Source: an uncultured delta proteobacterium
GTDB taxonomy: Bacteria; Myxococcota_A; Polyangia; Fen-1088
Assembly: GCA_963755125.1 (NCBI GenBank)
Contig: CAVWIP010000017.1
Location: 160,001 to 224,000 of the forward strand
Reading direction: 5' to 3'
DNA: 64,000 bases
The notes under the pieces are model-generated. The model ran no database searches. It worked only from the letters and a program-made list of their open reading frames with translations, and was not told where the DNA came from. This document shows, in pieces, positions 18,591-27,995 of the stretch (positions are counted from its first letter, which is position 1; the number at the start of each line of letters is the position of its first letter). The position numbers were made by a program, and so were the translations under genes.

Positions 18591-20237
18591 ATGCTCGAGC
18601 AGATGCGTCAACAGTCCCGATCGCTGCTCATCTATCTATTGTTCTCGATCGTGATTGTCGTGTTCATCGTCAACTTCGGCCCGCAGTCCATCGGCGGCTG
18701 CGGCATGCGAATGCCACACCGAGTGACCGAAAGCGCGGCTCAGATCGAGGGCCGTACCCTAAGCCTCAAGGACTGGACGTACGCCTACACCGTGCTCAAC
18801 GTCGCGTCGATTCCCCCCCAGCAGGCCAAGCAGATGCGTTTGAAGGAAACCATCATGGATCTGCTCATCGATCGTGAGCTGCTGGCGGCCGAGGCCGAGC
18901 GGCTGGGCTTTCGCGTGGGCACGGATGAGGTCGAGGATCTGATCGCGGAATCCAAGATGGTCAGCATGGGGCGAGAGCAGAAGCTCCCCTACGTGGAACA
19001 CGAAGGCAAGTTCTCCTATGACAACTTCCGCAAGTTCGTGCAGTACCACCTGGGCATGTCACCCAAGTCCTTCATCGAACAGCAGCGCCGCGAGCTGATG
19101 GCGATCCGCATGCGGGATCTCTTGCGTTCGGGCGTGGGCGTGTCGGCGGACGAGGTGAGGGAGACTTACCTGCGCCAGTCCGACCGGGTCAACCTGGAGT
19201 ACTTGCGGTTCCCGATTCACCGCTACGAGAGCGAGGTCGAGTTGCGGCCCGACGAGATCGCGGCCTACACCAAGGCCAACGACGAGAAGCTGAAGAAGCT
19301 GTACGACCAGCGAAAGACGGCTCTCTATGAGAAGCAGCCCAAGCAGCGCAAGCTGCGCTTCCTGCTGGTCGCGGTTCCCAGTGACGCCGATCCGGACAAG
19401 ATGGCCGAGGCAGGGAAGCGGGCCGATGCCCTGGCCGTGCGCGTGCGCAAGGGCGAGCCGCTGGCCAAGCTGGCCAAGGCATCTTCTGATGATGCCAACA
19501 GCCGGGCGCGGGGCGGGGATCTGGGATGGCAACGCAAGGGTGGCACCACGCTTGGCTCCGAGGTCGAGGACAAGGTATGGGCCGCCAAGGACGGCGAACT
19601 GGTGGGACCGGTGAAGATCGCGGGCGGCCTGGCCTTGGTCGTGCCCGAGGCGATGCGCGAGGGCGATATTGCCTTCGAGCAGGCGCGTCTGGAGATTGCC
19701 GAGTCCGAGTTGCGCCAGGAGCGTTCACAGGCGCGCGCCAAGGCCGCGGCCGAGGCAGCCCTGGCCAAGGCCAAGGCCGAGCCCGGCAAGAGCCTGAAGG
19801 ATTTCTTTCCGGCCCCGGACAGCGACGACAAGAGTGGCAAGAAGGACACGTTGCAGGCGGAGGAGACCGGCCTGTTCGCGCGGCGTGGGGCCATGGTGCA
19901 GGGCATCGGTCCTGCGCCCACCGTGGCCAAGGCGGCCTTCGAGTTGACCGGCGAGGCCCCGCTCGGCGGGCCGTTCCAGGAACTGGGCAGCTTCATCGTG
20001 GTCAGGCTGAAGGAGCACACGAAGCCAGACATGGCCGAGTTCGAAAAGGAGAAGTCGCGCATGGTGGACGATGCCGTCCAGCAGAAAGCCCAGGCGGTAG
20101 TGATGGATTGGGCCCGTCGGCGTTGCCAGGAGGCCAAGGAAGCAAAGAAGATCGACGTGAACCTGGATCTTTTGCGCTACGAAGGCGGGCCGGAGGGTGC
20201 GGTGGCCTATGAGCCCTGTTCGCCGCCGCGGTTTTGA
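18591..20237 (+). CDS. ppiD: PpiD-like periplasmic folding chaperone (SurA_N + parvulin)
   Basis: N-terminal TM 'LLIYLLFSIVIVVFIVNFGP', 'SDD..S..RGGDLGW'. Confidence 0.8.
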   Translation: MLEQMRQQSRSLLIYLLFSIVIVVFIVNFGPQSIGGCGMRMPHRVTESAAQIEGRTLSLKDWTYAYTVLNVASIPPQQAKQMRLKETIMDLLIDRELLAAEAERLGFRVGTDEVEDLIAESKMVSMGREQKLPYVEHEGKFSYDNFRKFVQYHLGMSPKSFIEQQRRELMAIRMRDLLRSGVGVSADEVRETYLRQSDRVNLEYLRFPIHRYESEVELRPDEIAAYTKANDEKLKKLYDQRKTALYEKQPKQRKLRFLLVAVPSDADPDKMAEAGKRADALAVRVRKGEPLAKLAKASSDDANSRARGGDLGWQRKGGTTLGSEVEDKVWAAKDGELVGPVKIAGGLALVVPEAMREGDIAFEQARLEIAESELRQERSQARAKAAAEAALAKAKAEPGKSLKDFFPAPDSDDKSGKKDTLQAEETGLFARRGAMVQGIGPAPTVAKAAFELTGEAPLGGPFQELGSFIVVRLKEHTKPDMAEFEKEKSRMVDDAVQQKAQAVVMDWARRRCQEAKEAKKIDVNLDLLRYEGGPEGAVAYEPCSPPRF

Positions 20238-20261
20238 AAAGAACACATCCCGCCTGACCCA

Positions 20262-20951
20262 ATGAGCGCCAACCAGGGCCCGCGGGATGGGTGGCAACGG
20301 CCTTCCGGCGAGACCATTCGGCCGCTGGCGCGCCGGCCTCGCTGGGTCACCGTGCTCGCCGTGCTCATGCTGCTGGCGGGTGCGCGTCTGTTCCTCGGCA
20401 GCTTGACCGACCTGCGCCGGCTGGCGACGGGCCGATCGATGGCCGAGGTCAGCCTGGACGGTCTGGCCGACGCCAATCAGGAAGTGCTCCTGCGCGGGCA
20501 GATCGCCCTGGACGAGGCCGTGGATCGGGTTCACCCCGCCTCGGCCTGGGTGCAGGCCGTGGCCCGTCTCGCGCTGGCGCTGGTGTTCCTCTTCGCCGTG
20601 GCCGCGGTGTTCTCCGACGATCCCCGCGCTCGGCGTGCCAGCGTGGTCGCGGCGTGGTCCGGGATGGCCTTGCACGCTGGCAGCGCGCTCTTCGTGCTCG
20701 CGGTCGTGCGCAAGGGGGTCACGGATGCGCTGCCCGTGTTGCAGCAGGTGGCCGCCAAGGCCCACGCACGAACCGGGGACGCGCCGCCCGCTCAGGCCGA
20801 CCTGGCGCAACTCGCTTCCACCCTCATGATTCAGGTGCCCCTGTTCACGTCAGCCCTGGGCGTCCTGTTCAGCATCTTGCTCCTGGTCACCTTCGGTGGA
20901 CGCCGCGGCCGCCTGTTCTACAATGGCGGGGTGAAGGCGGATCATGTCTGA
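20262..20951 (+). CDS. Hypothetical membrane protein
   Basis: About four hydrophobic segments; overlaps the next gene. Confidence 0.7.
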   Translation: MSANQGPRDGWQRPSGETIRPLARRPRWVTVLAVLMLLAGARLFLGSLTDLRRLATGRSMAEVSLDGLADANQEVLLRGQIALDEAVDRVHPASAWVQAVARLALALVFLFAVAAVFSDDPRARRASVVAAWSGMALHAGSALFVLAVVRKGVTDALPVLQQVAAKAHARTGDAPPAQADLAQLASTLMIQVPLFTSALGVLFSILLLVTFGGRRGRLFYNGGVKADHV

Positions 20952-23900
20952 CATCGAAGGGGCATTCCGACTGACCTTCGTCGAGGGGCGAGGCCTGCTG
21001 AGCCTGGCTGCTCGGGACATCGCTGCCTTTGGTCGTGTGGAGAAGCTGGAGTTGGAGATCCCCAACCTGCGTTTCCCGTTCGATCTTTCGGGGGGAGTGA
21101 CCCGGTTCAAGAATCATCGTCTCAGGCTGCGCGAGATGGCGGTGTCCTTCGAGGCCAATGATTTGGCCGGGTTTTTGCGCGTGGCGCGCCTGGCGGACTA
21201 TGGGCTCCACGGCCCGGAGGTGGAGATCGATGACGGCCTGGTTCGCATCGGAGCGCGGGCCGTGCTCGGGGATCGGCAGGCCGAATTCACCGCCACCGGC
21301 GCACTCACCATGGTGCAGCCCGGCCGCGCACGCCTGTCGATGTTCGACGTGCGCGTGTATGGCTTCCTTCCCGTGCCTCCGCCCTTGCTTGTGACCGCGC
21401 TGTTCACGGCCTTGGGCGCGGCTCCCTCGCAAAGGTCCGACGAGGGCGTGGCCCCGTTGCTGCACATCGAGGGCGCAACCGATCTGGAGATCGATGCGCG
21501 CGAACTGGCCTTGCTCGCGCTTCTGCCCATGCACGGGTGGCGGATGCCCGAGCGCCGGCACCTGGACGGAACCGCGTTGCGCGCCGAGGCTGCCGGGCAA
21601 CGCCTGACGGTCGCCTTCTTCCCATCTCAGGACGCCCACGAGCAGGCGGCGTCCTCGGCGATGCCGGATCGTCTGGCCGAGTACACGGCGGCCACCAGCC
21701 GGCTGGCGGCCGCCGAGAGTGCCCTGCTGGCGGGGGACCTGCCCAGCGCGCTCGAGAGCTATCGACAGGCGGCACCTGTGGAGAGCGGGGATCAAGCGGC
21801 GACGGCCCGCCTGCTGAATCTGCTCACTTCGGCCGTCGAGACGTTGACCGAGGCGGAAAACACGGCGTCGGCCGCGCTGGAACGCTGGCCAGGCCTGGCC
21901 AGCGCTTTCTTGGTCGAAGCCATCGCCGCCAGCGAGAGCGGTCGCCCAGCGCAGGCAGCCGAGTTGTTCGAAAATCTGGCCGGAAGCAACCACGGCTCAC
22001 GCATGGACCGCGCGTTTGCTCTGCTGGCAGCGGCACGGCACTGGGCGCGGGCCGAGCAGATGGACCGCGCCGTCAAGGCGCTGGAAGAGTCGCTTGCCCA
22101 TCGCTCGATGATTGGCCCTGCGGTTCGCGCCCTGGCCTTGCGTTTCGGGGCCGAGGGTCGCTGGGACGAGATCTTGCCCATGCTGGCGCGGCGGGCGCTT
22201 CACGCCAAGCCGGGATCGTCGGATGACGTGGGTGCCGCCATCGAGATGGCCGAACTGGCGGTGGCCTCGGGCGAGCCGGACCTTTGCGCCAAGGCGGTGG
22301 ATGTCCTCGACGGCCTGCTGCTGCGCGAGGACTGGCCCGATCCCGCCGTGCCGCGTGCCGAGGCCGCGCGGCAGATGGCCGCGCTGTGCTCGGTGCTAGG
22401 GGACGAGGAGGCCGCCATCGAGTGGCTGAATGACTGCCTGCAGAGTGAGGCGCCGGGTTCGACCGCGCAGGCCGCCCGGCAACGTCTGGTGGACATATAC
22501 GCACAGCGAGGTGACGCCCGAGCAGCAGTGCAAGCGCTGACGGCGTGGGCTGGCGATGCGCGCACCCCCGACGCCGCCGAGCAAAGGGCGGCGTGCTTGT
22601 GCGAGGCGGCGCGCTTGCTACGCGAGACGTTGTCAGAGAGAGAGGAAGCGGTGAGCCTGCTGGAATCGGCTTTGCGCGTGGATCCCACCTGCGTGCCGGC
22701 CCTGGATGCTTTGCAGGCAATCGCGGGAGAGACCGGCAACTGGGCCGGGCTGGCCGAGGTGCTGCACCGGCGACTGGCCGAGGTGAGGCCAGAAGATGCA
22801 AAGGTGCTGCTGCAGCGACTGGGCTCGGTGTTGGCAGACAGGCTGCGGGACGAGGAGCAGGCGGTGGCCACCTACCGGGTACTGCTCGATCTCGACCCGG
22901 CCATTGCGGAGGCGCGGCTTGGCCTGGCCCGCCTGCTTTGGCGGGCAGGGGAGCGGGAGGAGAGTCAACGTGAGTACGGCGAGTTACTCCATCATCCGGC
23001 GTGCACCACCGCGATGATGGGCGAGGCCTACCTGTGCTTCGCACAGACGGCACAGCAGGCAGGCCAGGCGCCGCAGGTCGAGGCCGCGATCGCCGCGGCC
23101 CTCTCGCTGGAGCCCGACGGGGCGCCTCTCGACCTGCTGGTCGCGGGTCTGCGGGAACTCGGGCAAGGAACCAAGCTGGCCGAGTGCCTGGTCATGCGCG
23201 AGCAAGCGCTGGATGACGGCCCGGCGCGCATCGCGGTCACGCAGGCGCTGGCCGAGGTGCTGGAGCAGATGGGTAAGCTCGACGAGGCGGAGGCGGCCTG
23301 CCGCCGTCTTCTTGAGCAGGCTCCCGACGACCTGCGCGGCCTCGCGCGTCTGGCCGCGATCTGTCGCCAGCAATCCCGCAGCGACGAGCTGACGGCGCTG
23401 CTCGATCGGCTGTGGGCGGCTCTCGACGGTCAGCAGGTGCCTGACGGACTGAGCCTGGAGGCCATCGGGCTGGAGTTGGCCGACCTGCTGTTGCAGAAGG
23501 ACGAAGGCCGTGGCCAGGCGGAGTCGATCCTGCGACGCCTGGCCGATCGAGGCTCGCGCGCCGCCCTGGAGGCGCTCAGCGCGTTTCTTACCAAAAAAGG
23601 GGCGCTGGACGAAGCGGACGCCTTGTTGCTGGCACGGGTGGACAGCGAGGCCGAAGGAGCGACCGCAGCGGCCCTCCTGGTCGAGCGAGCCCGCTTGCAC
23701 CTGGTCCGGCCCGAGGGTGAAGGTCCCGCGCTCATGCTCTTGCAGTCGGTGGGACGCGCGGTCTTGCCCGACGATGCGCTCGGCCTGCGCGCCGATTTGG
23801 CGGAGAAGGCTGGCGACGTCATCGACGCACTCGCTTGCTGGCAAAGTCTGCGTGCGCTTCGCAAGGACAACCGCGCGGCGCGGGACGAAGTGGATCGACG

Positions 23901-26433
23901 GCTGGCGGCGCTGGTGGTGCGTCCCACGGTGTCGACGGAAACCGCGCGAGCCATGCTGGAGGAACTGCACAACGCCAATCCCTCGGATGAGGCGTTGGCC
24001 GCGTCACTGTTCGAAGTGTACGGGCGGCAGCAGAACATCGAGGAGCGCAACCGGGTTTGGGGCGCCTTGCTGGAACAGGTGCCCGGCCTGCCGGCTGTCT
24101 GTCACGCCCGCTGGCACCTGGCCCAGGCCGAGGCCGCCGAGCGGAGCGGGAACGCTGCCCTGGCCGAAGATGAGCTGGCGCGTGCCAGCGCTCTCGACAG
24201 GGGAGCACAGGCTCGCGCGGGCCAGCTTGCCGTGCAGGCGCGCCTCGCCGCCGGGCGGGGCCAGCTCGACGAGGCCGGGGCTTTGCTCGACGAGGCGCTG
24301 GCGCTCTCGCCCGACCACGGCAGCGTTCTGGCGGCGCAGGCCGACCTGGCCTATCGCGCGCAGGAGTGGGACAAGGCGCGGCAGGCCTATGCGCGCCTGG
24401 CTGTGCTGCCCGACGCGGCTGCGGCCTATGCTCCTGACAAGCTGGCCCTGCGTCGCGCGGAGCTGGCCGAGATGTTCGGTGACTCCGGGGATGCGGAGAA
24501 CGCCTACCAGGATCTGGCCCGTCTGGATCCGCAGCACGCGGGTGCGCGTGAGGCGCTGGCAGGCTTTGCGCTCGCGCGCAACGACCGGGCTGGCGCCGTG
24601 GCCAAGCTGGAGGAGGTGCTGCGCCTGCTGCCGCGCGATGCGGTCACGCGCTTGACTGACATCCGGCACCGACTGGGCGAAACCTACCTCGCTCTCGGCA
24701 ACCTTGCCGCCGCCCGGGAGAACCTCGAGATGGCGCTGGCCAGCGACCCGGACCGCGCCGGGGTTCTCGAAAGCCTGGTGGAAACCTATCAGCAGCTTGG
24801 CCTGCATCGCGAAGCGGCCGCGGGCTGTGAGCGCCTGGCGCGCAAGCTTGACGATCCCCATAAGAAGGCCGAGGCCATCTATCGCAGAGGAGAGATTCTG
24901 CGGGTCGCGCTCGGCGATCTGGAAGGAGCCAACGACGCGTACCTGCGCTCCTCGGATCTGGATCCCAGCTTTGCTCCCACGCAGGCTCGCCTGGTGACCT
25001 ACTACTGGCAACGGGGAGATCTCGGCAACCTGGCCGAGGTGGGCAGTGGCCTGATTCGCGCGGCGTCCTCGCCGCTGCCGGGCGAGCCCGACCTTCCCTT
25101 GTTGGTGGCGTTGGCCGCCATTGTGGCCAGCAAGGACGAGGAGCTGGTTCGCACAGCGCTGGCCGAGGTGATTTTCGACGCGGAACCGGTAGCCCGTCGT
25201 CTGGGCGAGCTGGTCCGCATGCTGTGCAAGCCCGCCTCGCCGGGCTCGGCGGCATCGAGCGGCAGCGAGAGTGGCGTGCGCAAGTTGCCGGGTACGGTCG
25301 CGCCGGGCGGCAGCGAGAGTGGCATGCGCAAGTTGCAGAGCGCCGAGCGCGGCATCTTCGAGAAGCTGGACGCGGTGTTTGCGTCCCTCCGCACAGCAAC
25401 ACCGCTGCAATTCGAGGCGGACCTGTGCGCGGCCGCGCTCCGCAGCGTGCTGGGCGATCCTGCGGATCTCGGGCCGGCCTTGCTCGCCGCCTACCTGCAA
25501 CAGCGATGTGGACGGCCCGCCCTGGCACGGGCGGCACGGGATTTGGCTCTCTTCCTCGACCCGGAGCTGCCACTCAAGGGAAGTATCGCCAGCCTGGGCG
25601 CCCACAACCCTGCGCGCGCGACTGCGTGGAGCCCGACGGTGGCCGAGCATCCCCTTTGCCGCGGACCCTTGCGTCGCGTGCTGCGTGCGCTGGCGCCGGC
25701 CTTGGCCGAGATGCCCCATGCTGGGGGCGCTCCCGTGGAAGGGGCGCCGCTGCAACCCAAGGCCGAGAGCGTCTTCAGGGAGCTACGCGACCAACTGGGG
25801 GCTCCTGTCCCGCGAGCCGTGGTGCGGGGCGCGGGGGCCGAGGTCACCTTCGCGGTCACGCAGCCGCTGACGGTCGTCGTGGGAGAGCGGGCCGAGAGCC
25901 TGGATGTCGCCGAGTTGTGCTTCCTCGTCGGGCGCGCGCTCGAGCAGGCGCGCGCGGGGACACTGGCGGTGGCGCGTCTGTCGGTCGGCGACCTGCGCGC
26001 GCTCTTGCGCGGGGTCATTCGCGCGGTGTCTCTGGGGGCATCCGACGGAGAAGCAGGCGGGAAGGACAGTGAGAACGATCGTGCGGGCCACTGGGCGGCG
26101 CTGCTGTCGCAGCCCCCGACCGACAGGCTCATGCCCACAGGGAAGGTCCGCGCCGACTTGCTGGTCGAGGCGGGCGAGGCGCTGGCGCGGCCCCCAGACC
26201 TGGAAGGCTACGTGCGTGGCTGCCGCTACACAGCCGACCGGGTCGGACTGCTCTGCTGCGGAAGCCCCTTGGTGGCGCTGCGAGCCCTGGCTGGCCAGTT
26301 CAAGCACGATGGAACCTCGCCAGCCGAGGTGGGCCGGGGTGAAAGGCAGGAGCGAGTGCGCAGCTCGACAGCCATGCGCGAGAACATCGCGTTCATGCTG
26401 TCGGACGAGTACGCATCCTTGGTCGAAGACTAG
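20944..26433 (+). CDS. Giant TPR-repeat protein (1829 aa), myxobacterial type
   Basis: Long Ala/Leu/Glu-rich helical repeats ('ALRVDP', 'LDLDP', 'LASDPD'); C-terminal 'YTADRVGLLCCG'. Confidence 0.85.
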   Translation: MSDIEGAFRLTFVEGRGLLSLAARDIAAFGRVEKLELEIPNLRFPFDLSGGVTRFKNHRLRLREMAVSFEANDLAGFLRVARLADYGLHGPEVEIDDGLVRIGARAVLGDRQAEFTATGALTMVQPGRARLSMFDVRVYGFLPVPPPLLVTALFTALGAAPSQRSDEGVAPLLHIEGATDLEIDARELALLALLPMHGWRMPERRHLDGTALRAEAAGQRLTVAFFPSQDAHEQAASSAMPDRLAEYTAATSRLAAAESALLAGDLPSALESYRQAAPVESGDQAATARLLNLLTSAVETLTEAENTASAALERWPGLASAFLVEAIAASESGRPAQAAELFENLAGSNHGSRMDRAFALLAAARHWARAEQMDRAVKALEESLAHRSMIGPAVRALALRFGAEGRWDEILPMLARRALHAKPGSSDDVGAAIEMAELAVASGEPDLCAKAVDVLDGLLLREDWPDPAVPRAEAARQMAALCSVLGDEEAAIEWLNDCLQSEAPGSTAQAARQRLVDIYAQRGDARAAVQALTAWAGDARTPDAAEQRAACLCEAARLLRETLSEREEAVSLLESALRVDPTCVPALDALQAIAGETGNWAGLAEVLHRRLAEVRPEDAKVLLQRLGSVLADRLRDEEQAVATYRVLLDLDPAIAEARLGLARLLWRAGEREESQREYGELLHHPACTTAMMGEAYLCFAQTAQQAGQAPQVEAAIAAALSLEPDGAPLDLLVAGLRELGQGTKLAECLVMREQALDDGPARIAVTQALAEVLEQMGKLDEAEAACRRLLEQAPDDLRGLARLAAICRQQSRSDELTALLDRLWAALDGQQVPDGLSLEAIGLELADLLLQKDEGRGQAESILRRLADRGSRAALEALSAFLTKKGALDEADALLLARVDSEAEGATAAALLVERARLHLVRPEGEGPALMLLQSVGRAVLPDDALGLRADLAEKAGDVIDALACWQSLRALRKDNRAARDEVDRRLAALVVRPTVSTETARAMLEELHNANPSDEALAASLFEVYGRQQNIEERNRVWGALLEQVPGLPAVCHARWHLAQAEAAERSGNAALAEDELARASALDRGAQARAGQLAVQARLAAGRGQLDEAGALLDEALALSPDHGSVLAAQADLAYRAQEWDKARQAYARLAVLPDAAAAYAPDKLALRRAELAEMFGDSGDAENAYQDLARLDPQHAGAREALAGFALARNDRAGAVAKLEEVLRLLPRDAVTRLTDIRHRLGETYLALGNLAAARENLEMALASDPDRAGVLESLVETYQQLGLHREAAAGCERLARKLDDPHKKAEAIYRRGEILRVALGDLEGANDAYLRSSDLDPSFAPTQARLVTYYWQRGDLGNLAEVGSGLIRAASSPLPGEPDLPLLVALAAIVASKDEELVRTALAEVIFDAEPVARRLGELVRMLCKPASPGSAASSGSESGVRKLPGTVAPGGSESGMRKLQSAERGIFEKLDAVFASLRTATPLQFEADLCAAALRSVLGDPADLGPALLAAYLQQRCGRPALARAARDLALFLDPELPLKGSIASLGAHNPARATAWSPTVAEHPLCRGPLRRVLRALAPALAEMPHAGGAPVEGAPLQPKAESVFRELRDQLGAPVPRAVVRGAGAEVTFAVTQPLTVVVGERAESLDVAELCFLVGRALEQARAGTLAVARLSVGDLRALLRGVIRAVSLGASDGEAGGKDSENDRAGHWAALLSQPPTDRLMPTGKVRADLLVEAGEALARPPDLEGYVRGCRYTADRVGLLCCGSPLVALRALAGQFKHDGTSPAEVGRGERQERVRSSTAMRENIAFMLSDEYASLVED

Positions 26434-26441
26434 GCAAACGA

Positions 26442-26604
26442 TGCCTCAAGCCACTGAAGCAACGACGGCCGACGATCTGCCCCGATGGCTGCGTCGGGCC
26501 TGCGCTTCCGGTCCTCAAGTACATCAGTACGTTCCGGTCCGGTTCTCGGCCCTCCTTGTCCTCGGGCCTGCTTGTCGGCCGGATTCAAAGCGTGATCGCG
26601 ATCT
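26442..26604. repeat. ~160-bp structured intergenic repeat, copy 1
   Basis: Core GCGTCGGGCCTG.GCTTCCGGTCCTCAAGTACATCAGTAC.TTCCGGTCCGGTTCTCGGCCCTCCTTG shared with 53731-53894. Confidence 0.9.
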
Positions 26605-26637
26605 TCTTCGATCTGCCCCTGCTAGGGGGACTAGAGC

Positions 26638-27498
26638 GTGATTGGAGTCTTTGACTCGGGGTTCGGCGGACTGACGGTACTGACCGCGCTGATTGAGCGG
26701 CTGTCCGACTATGACTATCTCTATCTCGGCGACAGCGCGCGGGCGCCCTATGGCCCTCGCAGTTTGGAGGTCGTGCACAGCTTCACGCGCGAGGCGGTGG
26801 AGTATCTCTTCGATGCCGGCTGCCCTTTGGTCGTGTTGGCCTGCAATACCGCCTCGGCGCAGGCCCTGCGCACCCTGCAGCAACGGCATCTCCCGGCCCA
26901 CCGGCCGGACCGGCGCATCCTGGGTGTGGTGAGACCATCGGCCGAGGCGCTGGCCGGGCTGGCCCCGGGCGCCATCCCGGGCGTGACCGAGCCGGCCCTC
27001 ACCACCGGCACGGTGGCGGTGCTGGGCACCAAGGGCACGGTGGCGTCGGGATCGTATGCGATCGAGTTGGCAAAACTGGCGCCCGGGCTACGTCTGATTC
27101 AGCAGGCGTGTCCGCTGTGGGTTCCCCTGGTCGAAGCCGGCGAACTGTCAGGGCCGGGCACCGAATATTTCTTGCACCAGAATCTGGATCCTCTCTTCGC
27201 GGCGCCCGATCCGCCCGGCCGCGTGCTGCTCGGGTGTACGCACTACCCGTTGCTGCTGCCCGCGATTCGCACCATGGTGCCAGCTTCTGTCGAGATCATC
27301 GCGCAAGGCGGGCTGGTAGCCGATCGCCTCGCCGACTGGCTGCAGCGGCATCCCGAGATGGAGCGGCGGCTGTCGCGCAAGCGCACCCGGCGCTACGCCA
27401 CCACCGACGATCCGGTGTGGTTCGCCCGGCAGGGACAGAACATCCTGTCGACGTCGATCGAGGTCGAGCAGGTGCGGCTGAAACCTTGGAACAGATAG
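26638..27498 (+). CDS. murI: Glutamate racemase
   Basis: 'IGVFDSGFGGLT', 'ACNTAS', 'LGCTHYP'. Confidence 0.96.
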   Translation: MIGVFDSGFGGLTVLTALIERLSDYDYLYLGDSARAPYGPRSLEVVHSFTREAVEYLFDAGCPLVVLACNTASAQALRTLQQRHLPAHRPDRRILGVVRPSAEALAGLAPGAIPGVTEPALTTGTVAVLGTKGTVASGSYAIELAKLAPGLRLIQQACPLWVPLVEAGELSGPGTEYFLHQNLDPLFAAPDPPGRVLLGCTHYPLLLPAIRTMVPASVEIIAQGGLVADRLADWLQRHPEMERRLSRKRTRRYATTDDPVWFARQGQNILSTSIEVEQVRLKPWNR

Positions 27499-27554
27499 CC
27501 GGGCTTGACCGCGAGACGCAACCCGCCGATGCTAGTGCGCGAGGCATGTGTCCC

Positions 27555-27986
27555 ATGCGCCGGCACCTTCTCTTCCTTTTCGCGATTTCCTGTCTTGGTC
27601 AGTTGGCCTGTCGCGGATCGAGATCGAGCATGTGCCCCGAGGGCATGTCCCTTGACGACACGCACTCACGGCCCGCCCAGTTCGTATGGTGTCGCGACCG
27701 GGATAGCAAGCGCGCTCAGTACATCGAGTTCCAGCCCGGCGGCAAGGACAAGCGGCAGATGTGTGATTTTCGCGACGGCCGCGCCGAGGGGCGCTTTGTC
27801 GCCTGGTTTCCCAATGGGAAGGTGTGGCTGTCCGGCCAGTTTGCGGCCGGTCGTCCGCAGGGGCGCTGGAGTCAATGGGACAAGTCAGGCTCGATGGCGG
27901 CCGAGGGCGAGTATCGTGACGGGCGTTTCGTCGCCGGCGCGCCGGTGGCCAGCTCGGCGCTGTGCGACAAGCTGCACCCGCCGTAG
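27555..27986 (+). CDS. Putative lipoprotein with MORN/YwqK-like repeats
   Basis: Signal peptide plus Cys; 'GRFVAWFPNG', 'G.W.QWD..G....GEYRDG'. Confidence 0.7.
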   Translation: MRRHLLFLFAISCLGQLACRGSRSSMCPEGMSLDDTHSRPAQFVWCRDRDSKRAQYIEFQPGGKDKRQMCDFRDGRAEGRFVAWFPNGKVWLSGQFAAGRPQGRWSQWDKSGSMAAEGEYRDGRFVAGAPVASSALCDKLHPP

Positions 27987-27995
27987 GCACAGGTG

